Origin: an uncultured Maribacter sp.
GTDB lineage: Bacteria > Bacteroidota > Bacteroidia > Flavobacteriales > Flavobacteriaceae
Assembly (NCBI RefSeq): GCF_963974015.1
Contig: NZ_CAXBBZ010000007.1
Coordinates: 64,126-128,125 of the forward strand
Length of the DNA stretch: 64,000 nt
Direction: 5' to 3'
Part shown: one piece after another, positions 47,314 through 58,500 of the stretch
How the letters are laid out: each line of letters begins with the position of its first letter
How positions within the stretch are numbered: position 1 is the stretch's first letter
The notes under the pieces: model-generated
Told to the model about the DNA's origin: nothing
Seen by the model: the letters and a program-made list of their open reading frames with translations, nothing else
Database searches by the model: none
Made by a program: the position numbers and the translations under genes

Positions 47314-48836
47314 TAGTCATTTATTTTTTTTCCCCAAATAGCAGTTCCTTCATTATCTAAACCAGATAGCAAAATAGTGGTCGCTACTTTATTTTCCCAA
47401 TCTCTACCTTGTTCAACATGCAATTTTACTATGGTTTCGCCTGAATTGTAATTAAGCGTAAGCCAAGGTGCATCATAAGACCATGAGTTAGTATTATCAG
47501 CGTTAATACTACCGTCAATATTTAATTGAAGGCTCGTAGAAAATTGGAAATCTGCCGTTTTTTGTTCATCTGCATACCCAGGCACAATTCTATACCCTAG
47601 TTTAATTTCTTCGTAATCACCAGCTATATTTTCTGCAGTAAGAGCAGTTTGTTGAATATTGGCAAAGCGTTCTGGTGAAACAATTGGCCATCCATCTTCA
47701 GTCCAATAAATTTTACGAACATGCAATACCATAAAAAAACTGTTTTCACCTGGTCTACCTTGATGTGCCATAAAGTATTGCCCTAAATCATCAGAAAATA
47801 CGGCTGGATGAGAAACCCCTTGCCAACCAGGGTGATCATTAAATTTATAAGGAGCTAAAATCATAGGTCCATTATCTACTTCAGTATTTATATCTAAACC
47901 ATTAAAGTCATAAAATGGACCCGCAGGATTATCGCTTCGCCCAACCCTTACATTATATTTTGTTTGTAACCAGTCGTAAGAAATGAACATGTAATATTTT
48001 CCTTGTTTCTCATTATAAATAACTTCTGGTCCTTCAATATTCCCATTCACTATACCATTTGTAAAACCCCGTTGTGCAACCCGAAGCCCTTTATCGCCAT
48101 TAACCAACGCTAAACCTGTAGTTGGATTTAATTTTAGTTTATAAATACCGTCATAAGCAGAACCATAATAAAACCAGTGTTCACCAGATGGACTTACAAC
48201 CACAGAGGGGTCAATTGCATTAGTCTGTACCGTACCATCTCCTTTAGAAGTAACAACTAAATCTTTCTCGACCCAAGGACCTTCAGGACTTGTAGAGGTT
48301 GCCAAGCCGATAACACTTAATCTACCCGTACTAGATGATAAAGAATAATACAAACGATATTCATCGCCAACCTGCATTACAAAAGGTGCCCAAAGCGAGT
48401 TAAAAGGAGCGGTACCTTCACCTTGAATATATGCGCTTCCTTTTGATGGTAAGCCGTTAAAAGCCCAACCTAAAAACTCCCAATTGATTAAATCTTCCGA
48501 TTTTCTAATTTGTATTCCCGGACGGACATCTGACCCAAAAGACACATCGGTATTAAAGCAATAATATATATTATCAACTTTAATTATTGATGGATCGTGC
48601 ACGTTATAAGGGCCCCATTGTGAAGCATTTTCTTCCCCTGCAACCTCAAAATAAGTATCAGAAATATTATCTACCGTATAAACCATTGATGGTACTGGAT
48701 CAGGCACAGGTGTAGGTTCTGGATTAGGCTCTTCAATAACCTCTTTTAACACAACATCATCGCTAGTATCGCTAGAACAACCTATTTCTATAAACAAAAG
48801 CAATAACCATACGTAAAGAGCATTGAAGTTTTTCAT
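47313..48836 (-). CDS. GH43-family lipoprotein with an extra C-terminal beta-sandwich domain
   Basis: Lipobox EIGCSS and a Pro-rich linker. VHDPSIIKVDNIYYCF, LWAPFVMQVGDEYRLYYS, IEGPEVIYNEKQGKYYMF. About 120 extra C-terminal residues. Confidence 0.8.
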   Translation of the reverse strand: MKNFNALYVWLLLLFIEIGCSSDTSDDVVLKEVIEEPNPEPTPVPDPVPSMVYTVDNISDTYFEVAGEENASQWGPYNVHDPSIIKVDNIYYCFNTDVSFGSDVRPGIQIRKSEDLINWEFLGWAFNGLPSKGSAYIQGEGTAPFNSLWAPFVMQVGDEYRLYYSLSSSTGRLSVIGLATSTSPEGPWVEKDLVVTSKGDGTVQTNAIDPSVVVSPSGEHWFYYGSAYDGIYKLKLNPTTGLALVNGDKGLRVAQRGFTNGIVNGNIEGPEVIYNEKQGKYYMFISYDWLQTKYNVRVGRSDNPAGPFYDFNGLDINTEVDNGPMILAPYKFNDHPGWQGVSHPAVFSDDLGQYFMAHQGRPGENSFFMVLHVRKIYWTEDGWPIVSPERFANIQQTALTAENIAGDYEEIKLGYRIVPGYADEQKTADFQFSTSLQLNIDGSINADNTNSWSYDAPWLTLNYNSGETIVKLHVEQGRDWENKVATTILLSGLDNEGTAIWGKKIND

Positions 48837-48845
48837 TTTTTTATT

Positions 48846-50405
48846 TTATTTTTTTCCTTCTAATACAACTACAGAAAAAGCAGGGATTGTAATTTCCAAA
48901 GTGCCTTTTTTTAGTTTAAAATTAGTAAACTCTTTAGGCACAATATTTTTAGGTGATTCAAATGAATTATGATCTTGTAATGCTTTAGAAGACAAAATGG
49001 TAGCAGAAACCTTTTTTAGATTAGAATCAGCAACATTAATACGTACTGTATTTTCCTTATTAGCATCAATATTAACCAAAGAAATATGTATAACACCTTC
49101 CTTATTTTTAGAGGCAGATGCTGAAATTGCTGGTAAATTTTCACCATTAAAGCTATAATTAGGAGTATTAAGTTTTAAAGGAATTAACTGCGCATCGTGA
49201 TGTACGTTGTACATTTTAAGAACAAAATAGGTTGGGGTCAACAACATTTTTTCCCCTTCAGTTAATGCTACAGCCTGTAATACATTTACCGTCTGTGCTA
49301 AATTTGCCATTTTTACTCGCTTACTATGGTTATTAAAAATGTTTAAGCTCGTACCAGCTATCATAGCATCACGCATTGTATTTTGTTGATATAGAAAACC
49401 CGGATTCGTACCTTCTTCAACATCATACCAGCCACCCCATTCATCTACAATTAAATCTATCTGACCTTCTGGATCATATTTATCCATAATAGCTGTGTGT
49501 TTAGTTACCAATTCTTCCATAAACAATGCAGATTTCATTGTTTTAAAATAAAGGTCTTCAGTAAAATCAACTGCTGGCCCTTTATCATTCCAATCAATAA
49601 CCGAGTAAGAATGCAAGGCAACACCTTCTATCAAACTTTTTGGAATATCGCGCATCAAAACTTCCGTCCAATGGTAGTCATCTACATTAGCCCCAGAAGC
49701 TATTCTATAGATACCATCACTATTAGACCAGTCTGTCATAAAAGTAGCGTACTGTCTATAAATATTAGCATAATACTCAGGTGTCATATTACCGCCACAG
49801 CCCCACATTTCATTACCAACACCCCAATATTTTACATTCCATGGTTTTTCACGACCATGCTCTTTTCTAAGGTCGGCCATTGGACTGCCTCCTTTGTGCA
49901 TTACATATTCAACATATTCTGTAAATTCTTGAACAGTACTACTACCAACATTTGCAGCCAAATAAGGTTCTGCACCTAGCTTTTCACATAAATTTAAAAA
50001 ATCATGTGTACCAAAACTATTATCTTCAACTACACCGCCCCACCATCTATTAACCATACTGGGTCTATCTTCTTTTGGCCCTATACCATCTTTCCAATGA
50101 TAAGTATCCGCAAAACAACCTCCTGGCCACCTAAGATTTGGTATTTGAATTCCTTTTAACGCTTCTATTAAATCGTTTCGAACACCGTTTGTATTCGGAA
50201 TTTTACTGTCTTCACCAACATAAAGACCATCATAAATAGATCTACCTAAATGTTCAGCAAAATGACCATAAATATGCTTGCTAATTATCGGTGCATCTTC
50301 ATTGTTTTCAATTGTAATTATGGCTTCTTTAGTTTGCGAAAAACCAACTATAGTACATAGTACCATAAAAAAGAAGGATAGATTGTTTGATCGTTTTTGT
50401 TTCAT
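48846..50405 (-). CDS. GH51 alpha-L-arabinofuranosidase
   Basis: LRWPGGCFADTYHWKDGIGP and YWGVGNEMWGCGG (acid/base Glu), DEWGGWY (nucleophile Glu region). 519 aa with a signal peptide. Confidence 0.88.
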   Translation of the reverse strand: MKQKRSNNLSFFFMVLCTIVGFSQTKEAIITIENNEDAPIISKHIYGHFAEHLGRSIYDGLYVGEDSKIPNTNGVRNDLIEALKGIQIPNLRWPGGCFADTYHWKDGIGPKEDRPSMVNRWWGGVVEDNSFGTHDFLNLCEKLGAEPYLAANVGSSTVQEFTEYVEYVMHKGGSPMADLRKEHGREKPWNVKYWGVGNEMWGCGGNMTPEYYANIYRQYATFMTDWSNSDGIYRIASGANVDDYHWTEVLMRDIPKSLIEGVALHSYSVIDWNDKGPAVDFTEDLYFKTMKSALFMEELVTKHTAIMDKYDPEGQIDLIVDEWGGWYDVEEGTNPGFLYQQNTMRDAMIAGTSLNIFNNHSKRVKMANLAQTVNVLQAVALTEGEKMLLTPTYFVLKMYNVHHDAQLIPLKLNTPNYSFNGENLPAISASASKNKEGVIHISLVNIDANKENTVRINVADSNLKKVSATILSSKALQDHNSFESPKNIVPKEFTNFKLKKGTLEITIPAFSVVVLEGKK

Positions 50406-50424
50406 TTTAAAGATTTAAGTATTC

Positions 50425-53400
50425 TTATTTAATTACTTCTAAGTTTATCTGCCTTGATATTTCACCAGATTGAGTATACATTGTTATTGAACTCATATTT
50501 TTAGTGCATCGAATATTTCTAGAACTTTGAGAAAGATAACCTTGACCCCAATAAAATTCTACTTTTCGCTGTGTTCCATCCTTAAAATGGATTAAGGCAT
50601 ATTGTTCTGATGTGATAGGTTTGATAGTAGTAGTCGATGTTCCTTTAAACTTGAACGTTTCAACTGTATCATCGTTTTTACCAACCATTAAAACTGAAGT
50701 TTCACCCACCTCTAACCGGATCAAACTTTTTGCATTTCCTTTTACAGAAAAACCTGATTCTAAGTTAGGTGATGTCTTAAATTCACCGCTGCCATGATTG
50801 ATTAAAATTGTGCCAAAAGAGGCATCATACCTACCATTTACTACTTCTGTATTATATTCATTTCCTACTAAAATTACATCTTGTAAGCCATCACCATCTA
50901 AATCTTCTGAAATAATTCCGTAGACTGGTGCAAACTGCGTGGTTATTGGTAATGGTGAAATTTCAAATTTGCCCTCTCCAACATTTTCTAGATATGATGA
51001 ATTCATTTCTTTGCTCTCCAAGTTTTCATATGCTGTAATATCTAACATTTTCAAGATATCATTAGTAGTAGCCTTGGCATAGCTATGGTAAAATAAAACC
51101 TTCTTCTTTGCTATCGGTAGTTGACTCGTTAATTGGTCAAGTGAAGCCACAGGCCTATAAAAACCCTCTTCAAAACTAGATAAAATTGGATCTACATAAC
51201 CATTAGAATCAAAATCTGCATAATGCAACTGCAAGGGCTTTTCTAGAGTTCCTTTCAAAGTTGAATTTAACCCTCGATTACCAACAATAAAATCAATATC
51301 TCCATCATTATCAAAATCGTCGGCCAATATACTGTTCCAAAGTCCATGTGTATTTTGCAGCCCATTAATAGTAGAAACTTCTAGTTCTTTACCATTGCCC
51401 ATTAAAATAGTGATTGGCATAAACTCTCCTACCACGACTAAATCTAAATAATGGTCATTATTTGTATCCGTCCAAATTGCCGAGGTTACCATACCTATTT
51501 TCAGTAATGAGGGAGAAAATTTATCCGTGACATCTACAAAGTTACCATCTACATTTTCCAAAATATAGCTTCTAGGGTTATTAGGATATTTACCAACTTG
51601 TACCCGACCGCCCACAAAAAGGTCAATATCGCCATCGTTATCATAATCACCACCAACTACAGTAGTCGTACTTGTTTTCATCTCTGGTAAACTACCTTCT
51701 ATGAAGGTCCCTACATTTTCTGGATTATTCAAATAGAGTCTATCTTGATAGCCTACATGCCCTTCGTAACGTTCTGATCCACCACTAACCACATAAATAT
51801 CAGCCAATCCATCTCCATTAGAATCAAAAATTAATGCCCCTAAATCTTCATATACGTCAGTTGCCGGTAATTCATGTGCATTAAAGTTTCCGTTTTTATC
51901 TTGAAGTATAAAACTTGATTTAAAACCATAAGCACCTCCCATAAAAACATCATCTAAGCCATCTGCATTTAAATCACCAACTGCCAAACCAGGACCTTGG
52001 TTTGAAAAGCCATGCTGTAAAAGAGGCTGTACACCATAGTCATTATAGGTACTCTCTTTGTGTTGAAAATTGACAATAGTATCTTTTTGAAGATATAATT
52101 CTTGCCTTATTTTATTCTTTGTTTTAGATGAAGCTGTAGCATAAGAAAATTGAATCGTTTGATTTGAGACAATATTTTTAATAGTAGAAGTTTTTGAGTC
52201 TGGCCAAACAACAGTTACACTATCTAAGTTTTTTAAGCCTTCAAGGCCAAAGTGCATGGTAGTTTCAACAGTACTTTGAAAACCTCTTACTGGTTGATTT
52301 TCTTTAACTTGAATGGCTGATCCAGCATAGAGCGTAACTTTTGCGCCAATGCCTTTTACATTCAAAAAGTCACCAATTAAATCAATATTTAAAAAATTAG
52401 ATTTCTGCGGATATTGTTCACGTAAACGATTCTTATATATAAAAGCTGGTTGGTCAATATTATTTACAATCAAATCTAAATCACCATCTAAGTCTAAATC
52501 TGCATAGGCTGCACCATTAGAAATGGAGTTTTCAGCAAAGCCCCAGGGTATACTTTTATTGTCGAAAGTTAATTTAGTAGCGTTTTTAAAAATATAATTG
52601 GGTAAAGAAATTGCGGGTCTATACGCTAAACAATCTACCACAGATTGTCTAAGATCTTGCGTATTAGAAAATACCGATGCATTGCTTTCACGGTACTTCA
52701 CAAAATCTAAATCGGTAATATCCTTACCATATCCATTGGTAACAAATAGATCATTAAACCCATCATTATCAAAATCAGCAATTAATGGAGCCCAACTCCA
52801 ATCTGTTCTAGAAATACCTGATAATTGGCCAATTTCACTAAAAGTGCCATTTCCATTATTCTTTTGTAACATATTACGCATATGTTGGTTGCCATACCCT
52901 ATTCGGTTTGCCATTTGAAAAAAATCATATGAACTAGCCCCAGACATTAACTTTCTTCTTTTATAATTGTCAGGCAACATATCCATAGTTACAACATCTA
53001 AAAAACCATCATTATCAATATCCCCCACATCATTACCCATAGAAAAGTGACTTGTATGACCAAAATAATCAAGACCTTTTTCAGAAAAAGTGCCATTTTG
53101 ATTATTTACATATAATAGGTCTCTAGACAAATAATCATTTGACACATACACATCTGGCCAAGAATCATTGTTTGCATCAAAAACTGAAACACCTAGGCCA
53201 AAACCTTCAATTGTAATACCCGCTTCTTTTGAAACATTGGTAAAGACTGGATGATTAAGGATTGTACTAAAATCATTACGATAAAGTCTGTCCGTATTTC
53301 TACTCTGCCCATTGGTCTTAATTGGTTTTGCATTTATAGCAGAATTTTCAAAACCTCCACCAGTTAGAAGGTACATATCTAAATCACCATCAAGATCATA

Positions 53401-53931
53401 ATCAAAAAATATTGATTGAATGGACTCACCTTGGTCGGCTAACCCATAAGAAGTTGCTGCTTCTATAAATGTATTATCTCCTTGGTTTATATATAATAAA
53501 TTTGGGAACGAGTCTTTGTTACCCATACCACCAACACTGATATAAATATCATCTAAACGGTCGTTATTTATATCAACAACCGAAACACCCGTACACCATT
53601 TTTTGTTTGTATTTATCCCTGAAGATGTGGTTATATCTTTGAATTTAAAACTTCCGTTATTTAAATAAATACTACTAGTTCCCATATTACTGGTAAGTAT
53701 AAAATCTGGCAATGAGTCATTATTGAAATGTCCTATACCAACACCCCCACCATTATAAAGATATTCGTAGTTCATTAAATTAATAGAATCGTTAGTAGTA
53801 ATAGTATTATTAAAATAAACCCCTGTGTTTTTAGATTCAAGAAGTTCGAACAATGTATTTTCTCTTCTTTTCTTATCACAAGAAAAAATAAGCAGTATTA
53901 GCCAAAAGAGAAAGATGTTCTTTAAACCCAA
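50425..53931 (-). CDS. Large lipoprotein with FG-GAP/VCBS repeats and an ASPIC/UnbV-like C-terminus (CRTAC1-like family), function unknown
   Basis: Lipobox LLIFSCDKK. At least nine Ca-binding-like repeats (DYDLDGDLDMY, DIDNDGFLDVV, DFDNDGFNDLF, DLDLDGDLDLIV, DLNADGLDDVF, DSNGDGLADIYV, DYDNDGDIDLFV, DFDNDGDIDFIV, DLDGDGLQDVILV). 1168 aa. Confidence 0.75.
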   Translation of the reverse strand: MGLKNIFLFWLILLIFSCDKKRRENTLFELLESKNTGVYFNNTITTNDSINLMNYEYLYNGGGVGIGHFNNDSLPDFILTSNMGTSSIYLNNGSFKFKDITTSSGINTNKKWCTGVSVVDINNDRLDDIYISVGGMGNKDSFPNLLYINQGDNTFIEAATSYGLADQGESIQSIFFDYDLDGDLDMYLLTGGGFENSAINAKPIKTNGQSRNTDRLYRNDFSTILNHPVFTNVSKEAGITIEGFGLGVSVFDANNDSWPDVYVSNDYLSRDLLYVNNQNGTFSEKGLDYFGHTSHFSMGNDVGDIDNDGFLDVVTMDMLPDNYKRRKLMSGASSYDFFQMANRIGYGNQHMRNMLQKNNGNGTFSEIGQLSGISRTDWSWAPLIADFDNDGFNDLFVTNGYGKDITDLDFVKYRESNASVFSNTQDLRQSVVDCLAYRPAISLPNYIFKNATKLTFDNKSIPWGFAENSISNGAAYADLDLDGDLDLIVNNIDQPAFIYKNRLREQYPQKSNFLNIDLIGDFLNVKGIGAKVTLYAGSAIQVKENQPVRGFQSTVETTMHFGLEGLKNLDSVTVVWPDSKTSTIKNIVSNQTIQFSYATASSKTKNKIRQELYLQKDTIVNFQHKESTYNDYGVQPLLQHGFSNQGPGLAVGDLNADGLDDVFMGGAYGFKSSFILQDKNGNFNAHELPATDVYEDLGALIFDSNGDGLADIYVVSGGSERYEGHVGYQDRLYLNNPENVGTFIEGSLPEMKTSTTTVVGGDYDNDGDIDLFVGGRVQVGKYPNNPRSYILENVDGNFVDVTDKFSPSLLKIGMVTSAIWTDTNNDHYLDLVVVGEFMPITILMGNGKELEVSTINGLQNTHGLWNSILADDFDNDGDIDFIVGNRGLNSTLKGTLEKPLQLHYADFDSNGYVDPILSSFEEGFYRPVASLDQLTSQLPIAKKKVLFYHSYAKATTNDILKMLDITAYENLESKEMNSSYLENVGEGKFEISPLPITTQFAPVYGIISEDLDGDGLQDVILVGNEYNTEVVNGRYDASFGTILINHGSGEFKTSPNLESGFSVKGNAKSLIRLEVGETSVLMVGKNDDTVETFKFKGTSTTTIKPITSEQYALIHFKDGTQRKVEFYWGQGYLSQSSRNIRCTKNMSSITMYTQSGEISRQINLEVIK

Positions 53932-53971
53932 AACAAATTGGTAATTAATTATTTTTTTATCCTTGTTGAAT

Positions 53972-54012
53972 ATAAAAAATCGGTAGACATATTTTAAAAC
54001 ACATCTACCGAT
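53972..54012 (-). terminator. Stem-loop plus U-tract between susD and the FG-GAP gene (partial terminator/attenuator candidate)
   Basis: Minus-strand RNA reads AUCGGUAGA, a 16-nt loop, UCUACCGAU (perfect 9-bp stem), then UUUUUAUAUU. Confidence 0.5.
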
Positions 54013-54024
54013 AACAACAACTAT

Positions 54025-55575
54025 TTACTGATTTGCTGAATTACCAACTAAATTAGGATTACGGTCTAATTCTCCTTGAACAATTGGTTGATATTCTCTA
54101 CCAGGAACAAAAGTATTAAACTCATCATCATTAGCTTTTAACTCCGCTAATTTAGTAGCATCATTTAACCATCCCCATCTTTTAATATCATAATATCTAA
54201 GACCTTCAATTGCAAGTTCTGTAATACGCTCATGCGCCAATTGATCCATGAACTGAGTAAGGTTTAATGCGGCAAATTCCGCTTCTCTATCGGGTAAATT
54301 TGCTCGATCTCTAACTTGCTGAACTAAACTTGCAGCACCTGGCATGTTCCCAGTATTTGCCAAATTCTCTGCTTGCATTAAAAGAACATCTGCATAACGT
54401 AGTATATGGTAATTTATACCACTTGTAAAAGGATCACCACCTTCGTTGGCCAAGGTATATTTTGCAATATAATAGTTTGATGGGTCTAAAAAGAAATCTG
54501 TTCCATAGGATTGTGTTAAGCCTTCTTCCGGTTCAAAGGATAAAATAGTTGCTGCAAATCTTGGGTCGAGTTGACCATCTATAGTACGCTCTTCTCTTAA
54601 CTCATTAAATAAAAATTCTGTTGGGAAGAAATCGTAAAAATCTGCTCCAGAATAGGTTGGTGCTACAGCAGAAAACTGTCTCCAGTTTACGGTAGGGTCG
54701 CCTCCCCAGTTAAAATCTGCATTTTGGCTTTGGGTAAATTCTGCCCAAAATATTCTACCTGTATTGGCATTTTCTCTAGTAGGGTCTTGCGTGAATAAAT
54801 CTTGATAATTTGAATGTAAGCTATATTCCCCAGAATTAATAACGGCATCAAAAAATGGTATGGCTGCGCTATAATCACCTTGATATAGTTTTAATTTACC
54901 CATCAAGGCCTGAGCGGCACCTTTGGTAGCTCTGCCAACTTGACCAGCGTCTGGTCCACTAACCAAATCATAATTTACTGGTAAAGAAGCAATAGCAACA
55001 TTTAAATCTGCTTCTACTTGGGCATAGATTGTTGCCTGAGTAACACCTTGGTTAGAAGGATAAAAATCTTCTTGACTTTTAGGAACTTCCAACACCAATG
55101 GTACGTTGTCAAATATATTAGTTGCATTGAAATACGCTAAAGCCCTTAAAAAATGTGCTTGTCCTAACAACCTTGCTCTTAAGTTTTCCTCGACTTCTGG
55201 TACCTCTGGCACTCTTTCAATAGCTTGGTTCGCTCTGCTGATTAATATATAGTAACCTTCATAACACCAACCAACAGCATCATCGGTAGCAGGAATGGTA
55301 AAATTACTGGTTTGAGATAAAAATGCCCATGGGCTTCTTGACTTGGCTTCATCTCCTCTACCATCCCCCAAAACTGGTGTCATTCTATTATATAGACCAT
55401 CAATAATCAATGGGTTATAAACTGCATCAACCGCTGCAATTGCTTCAGCTTGATTAGAATAATAACTATCTACACCAGACCTATTTGGGTTAATTATATC
55501 TAGCTCATCCTCACAACCTATAAAAATGGTTGCACTAATCGCAAGTAGTAATACTTTTAATGTATATGTCTTCAT
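54025..55575 (-). CDS. susD: SusD/RagB-family outer-membrane glycan-binding lipoprotein
   Basis: Lipobox FIGCEDE, TPR-like SusD pattern, C-terminal YDIKRWGWL. Immediately downstream of susC. Confidence 0.9.
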   Translation of the reverse strand: MKTYTLKVLLLAISATIFIGCEDELDIINPNRSGVDSYYSNQAEAIAAVDAVYNPLIIDGLYNRMTPVLGDGRGDEAKSRSPWAFLSQTSNFTIPATDDAVGWCYEGYYILISRANQAIERVPEVPEVEENLRARLLGQAHFLRALAYFNATNIFDNVPLVLEVPKSQEDFYPSNQGVTQATIYAQVEADLNVAIASLPVNYDLVSGPDAGQVGRATKGAAQALMGKLKLYQGDYSAAIPFFDAVINSGEYSLHSNYQDLFTQDPTRENANTGRIFWAEFTQSQNADFNWGGDPTVNWRQFSAVAPTYSGADFYDFFPTEFLFNELREERTIDGQLDPRFAATILSFEPEEGLTQSYGTDFFLDPSNYYIAKYTLANEGGDPFTSGINYHILRYADVLLMQAENLANTGNMPGAASLVQQVRDRANLPDREAEFAALNLTQFMDQLAHERITELAIEGLRYYDIKRWGWLNDATKLAELKANDDEFNTFVPGREYQPIVQGELDRNPNLVGNSANQ

Positions 55576-55586
55576 TTTCTATTTTT

Positions 55587-58500
55587 TTAAAATTTAAATT
55601 GAGCACCCAACATAGTTGTTAGTGGTCTTGGGTAAGTACCGTAATCAAATCCCGGACCTAGCACACCGGCCTGAAAATCTGGGTTATATCCTTTGTAATT
55701 AGAAAATACAGCAACATTCTGTAAGGTCACATAGAACCTAGCTTTAGCCAAACTAATTTTATCGATAACAGCGTGAGGTAAAGAATAGCCCAATGAAATA
55801 GTATTAATTCTAAAATAATCTCCACTTTGCAACCAACCTGGTCTATCAGAATTACGTCCATTATTATTGGGATCTAAGAAAATAACTCTAGGCACATCGG
55901 TATTTGTATTGGTAGGTGTCCAACGATTTAAAATATCTTCGTGCCAGTTTGTATAACCAGAAGATGGCATTAAACCACGATACAAATTACTGTTTATTAA
56001 ATTACCGCCACTTCCTTGACCAAAGATGGTAAAATCGAAATTTTTATAACCTGCCGTTATATTTAGACCATAATAATAGGTCGGTAACCCTTTACCTAAA
56101 AATGTCCTATCTGCATCAGTTATTACGTTATCACCGTCTAGGTCTTTGAATCTGATGTCACCGGCTGCAGTGCCTGGCTGTTGTGTTGCAGCAGCATCAA
56201 CTTCGGTCTGTGATTGAAAAATACCATCGTAAACCCAACCATAATGTTCTCCAATTGAACGACCAACTACGGTCCTTGCCCCACCGTCTGTAATATCTTC
56301 AACAATATCACCTAAACTCAACACTTCATTCTTAACGGTATAAAAATTAGGTGCTACTTGCAAATTGAATTCTCCAAACTGCTGGTTCCATACAGCTGAT
56401 AATTCTATACCTGAATTTTGAATAGACCCTGCATTAGTTAAAATTACATTACCAACAGAAGCATTAGACAAAGGAATTGGTTGATTTAACAATACATCTT
56501 CCGAGGTATTTGTATAGTATTCAGCGGTTAAATCCAATGCTCCATTCCATAATGTAGCATCTAAACCAACGCTTCTAGTAATTCTTGTTTCCCATTTTAA
56601 ACTAGGGTCTACTGCAGTTGTTACCGCAGCTCCAAGCGGGCGACCACCAAAAGCAAATTCGTAAGGTATACCTCTGTTAATAGTAGCTTGGTAGCCATAG
56701 TTAGCAAAAATTTCTTGGTTACCAACTTCTCCCCATCCTCCTCTTAACTTAAGGGCGGTAATAAAATCTGGTAGCTTAAACTCGTTATGTAACTTCCAAG
56801 CCAAACCAACTGATGGAAAATATTCTTGGCGCAATTCCTTACTGAATTTAGAAGAAGAATCACTTCTTAAATTTGCGGTAAGCAAATACTTATCATTATA
56901 AGAATAATTTAATCTACTTAAGTACGAACTTATAGCATTATCTTCCCTAGTATCAAAAGCACTAGCATCTGGAGCACTTTCTAAACTTTTAACATATGGC
57001 TTTTCTAAGCCTGAACCTACGACGCGTACTCTTCTAAATTTGTTTTTTTGGAAAGTTTGACCTACTAACACAGAAAGATTATGTTTTCCAAATTCCTTCG
57101 TCCAATTAATTGTATTCTCAATTAAAAAAGAACTAGAGTTTCTTGAAACAAATGCCAATTGTGCCGAAGGATTAGGGAAAAAATACCCTAAATCATATTG
57201 CGGAACAAAAACTTGCTCTTGAATTGATGAATTATCATATTGTAAGCTCGTCTTTAAATCTAAACCTTCAAACAACTCATATTTACCATAAATATTTGCC
57301 AAAATACGGTTCACTTCAGTTTCATTTTCAATTAAGTTATTAATTCCTGGTACGTTTAGTGTTATAGATTGATGAATCGCTGAATCTGCACCACCGTAGC
57401 CACCTTCTCTATTTTCATCAAATACGGGAATAGTTGGGGCAGCCTGCAACAAATCGTTTACTAAAGAAGGTCTTCCTCCCGGTAATTGGATACTCCTAGT
57501 ATCGAATAATGGATTTTCGTCAGAATGTACAAAGTACAAGTTTTCACCTATAGTAAGTTTTCCCAAAGTGGCTTCTGTATTAGCCCTTAAAGAAGTTCTA
57601 TTATAATCTGGTCCAGTACCAACTAAAGTACCTTCATTACCCAAGAAATCTAATGAAACATAATAACTAGTATTTTCTGTTCCACCTGATACATTTAAAT
57701 TATGGTTTTGAATATAACCAGTTTTATAACCTTCTTTTTGCCAATTCGTATCTATATTATCTATAAACAATGGTGAATTAGGATCATTACCAGGAACAAT
57801 AGCTTCACCTGCATTGGTTAACAATTCTGCATTAATCATTTGATAACCTGCTCTATCTAAAACTGGTAAACTTTGCGTAATCTGTTGAATACCAAAATAA
57901 GTACTTAGTTCAACAGACATTTTTTGTCCTTTTTTACCATTCTTAGTAGTAATAATTACAACACCGTTTGCCGCTCTGTTACCATAAATAGCACCTGCTG
58001 TTGCATCTTTTAAGACTTGTACCGATTCAATATCATTTGGATTAACATCTCTTATCCCACCAGTGATTGGAAACCCGTCAACAACATATAAAGGTTCAGC
58101 ACTTGTTCCAGCGCCAAAGGTTGCAACCCCTCTTATGCGTACATTGGGACTTGCACCTGGTTGACCGTCAGAGGTAATCGAGACACCGGCGACACGACCT
58201 TGCATCATTTGAGTTACATCATTAGTGGCTTGTTTAACCATTTCTTCGGTATCTACTAGACTAACCGCCCCTGTTAAATCTTCTTTTCGCTGTGTACCAT
58301 ACCCTACAACAACCACTTCATCTAGCGTTTCCGTATCTTCTTGCAAAGAAACATTCAGTGTAGTTTTGTTTCCTACTAACACTTCATAGGTTGCAAAGCC
58401 TATATACGTATAAACTAAAGTATCATCGGCTGTGGCATTTATTGAGTAAAAACCATCAAAATCAGAAACTACACCGTTAGAAGTACCTTTAACTATAATA

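Noticed and set aside
49497-49979. 160-aa plus-strand ORF inside the GH51 gene
   Set aside because: It is antisense to a CDS with clear GH51 catalytic motifs and has no start context, signal or domain features of its own.
50425-53931. Periodic repeats in the DNA of the FG-GAP gene, a possible tandem repeat or CRISPR-like signal
   Set aside because: The periodicity is at the protein level (diverged D.D.DG..D loops) with non-identical DNA units and no spacer/repeat architecture.
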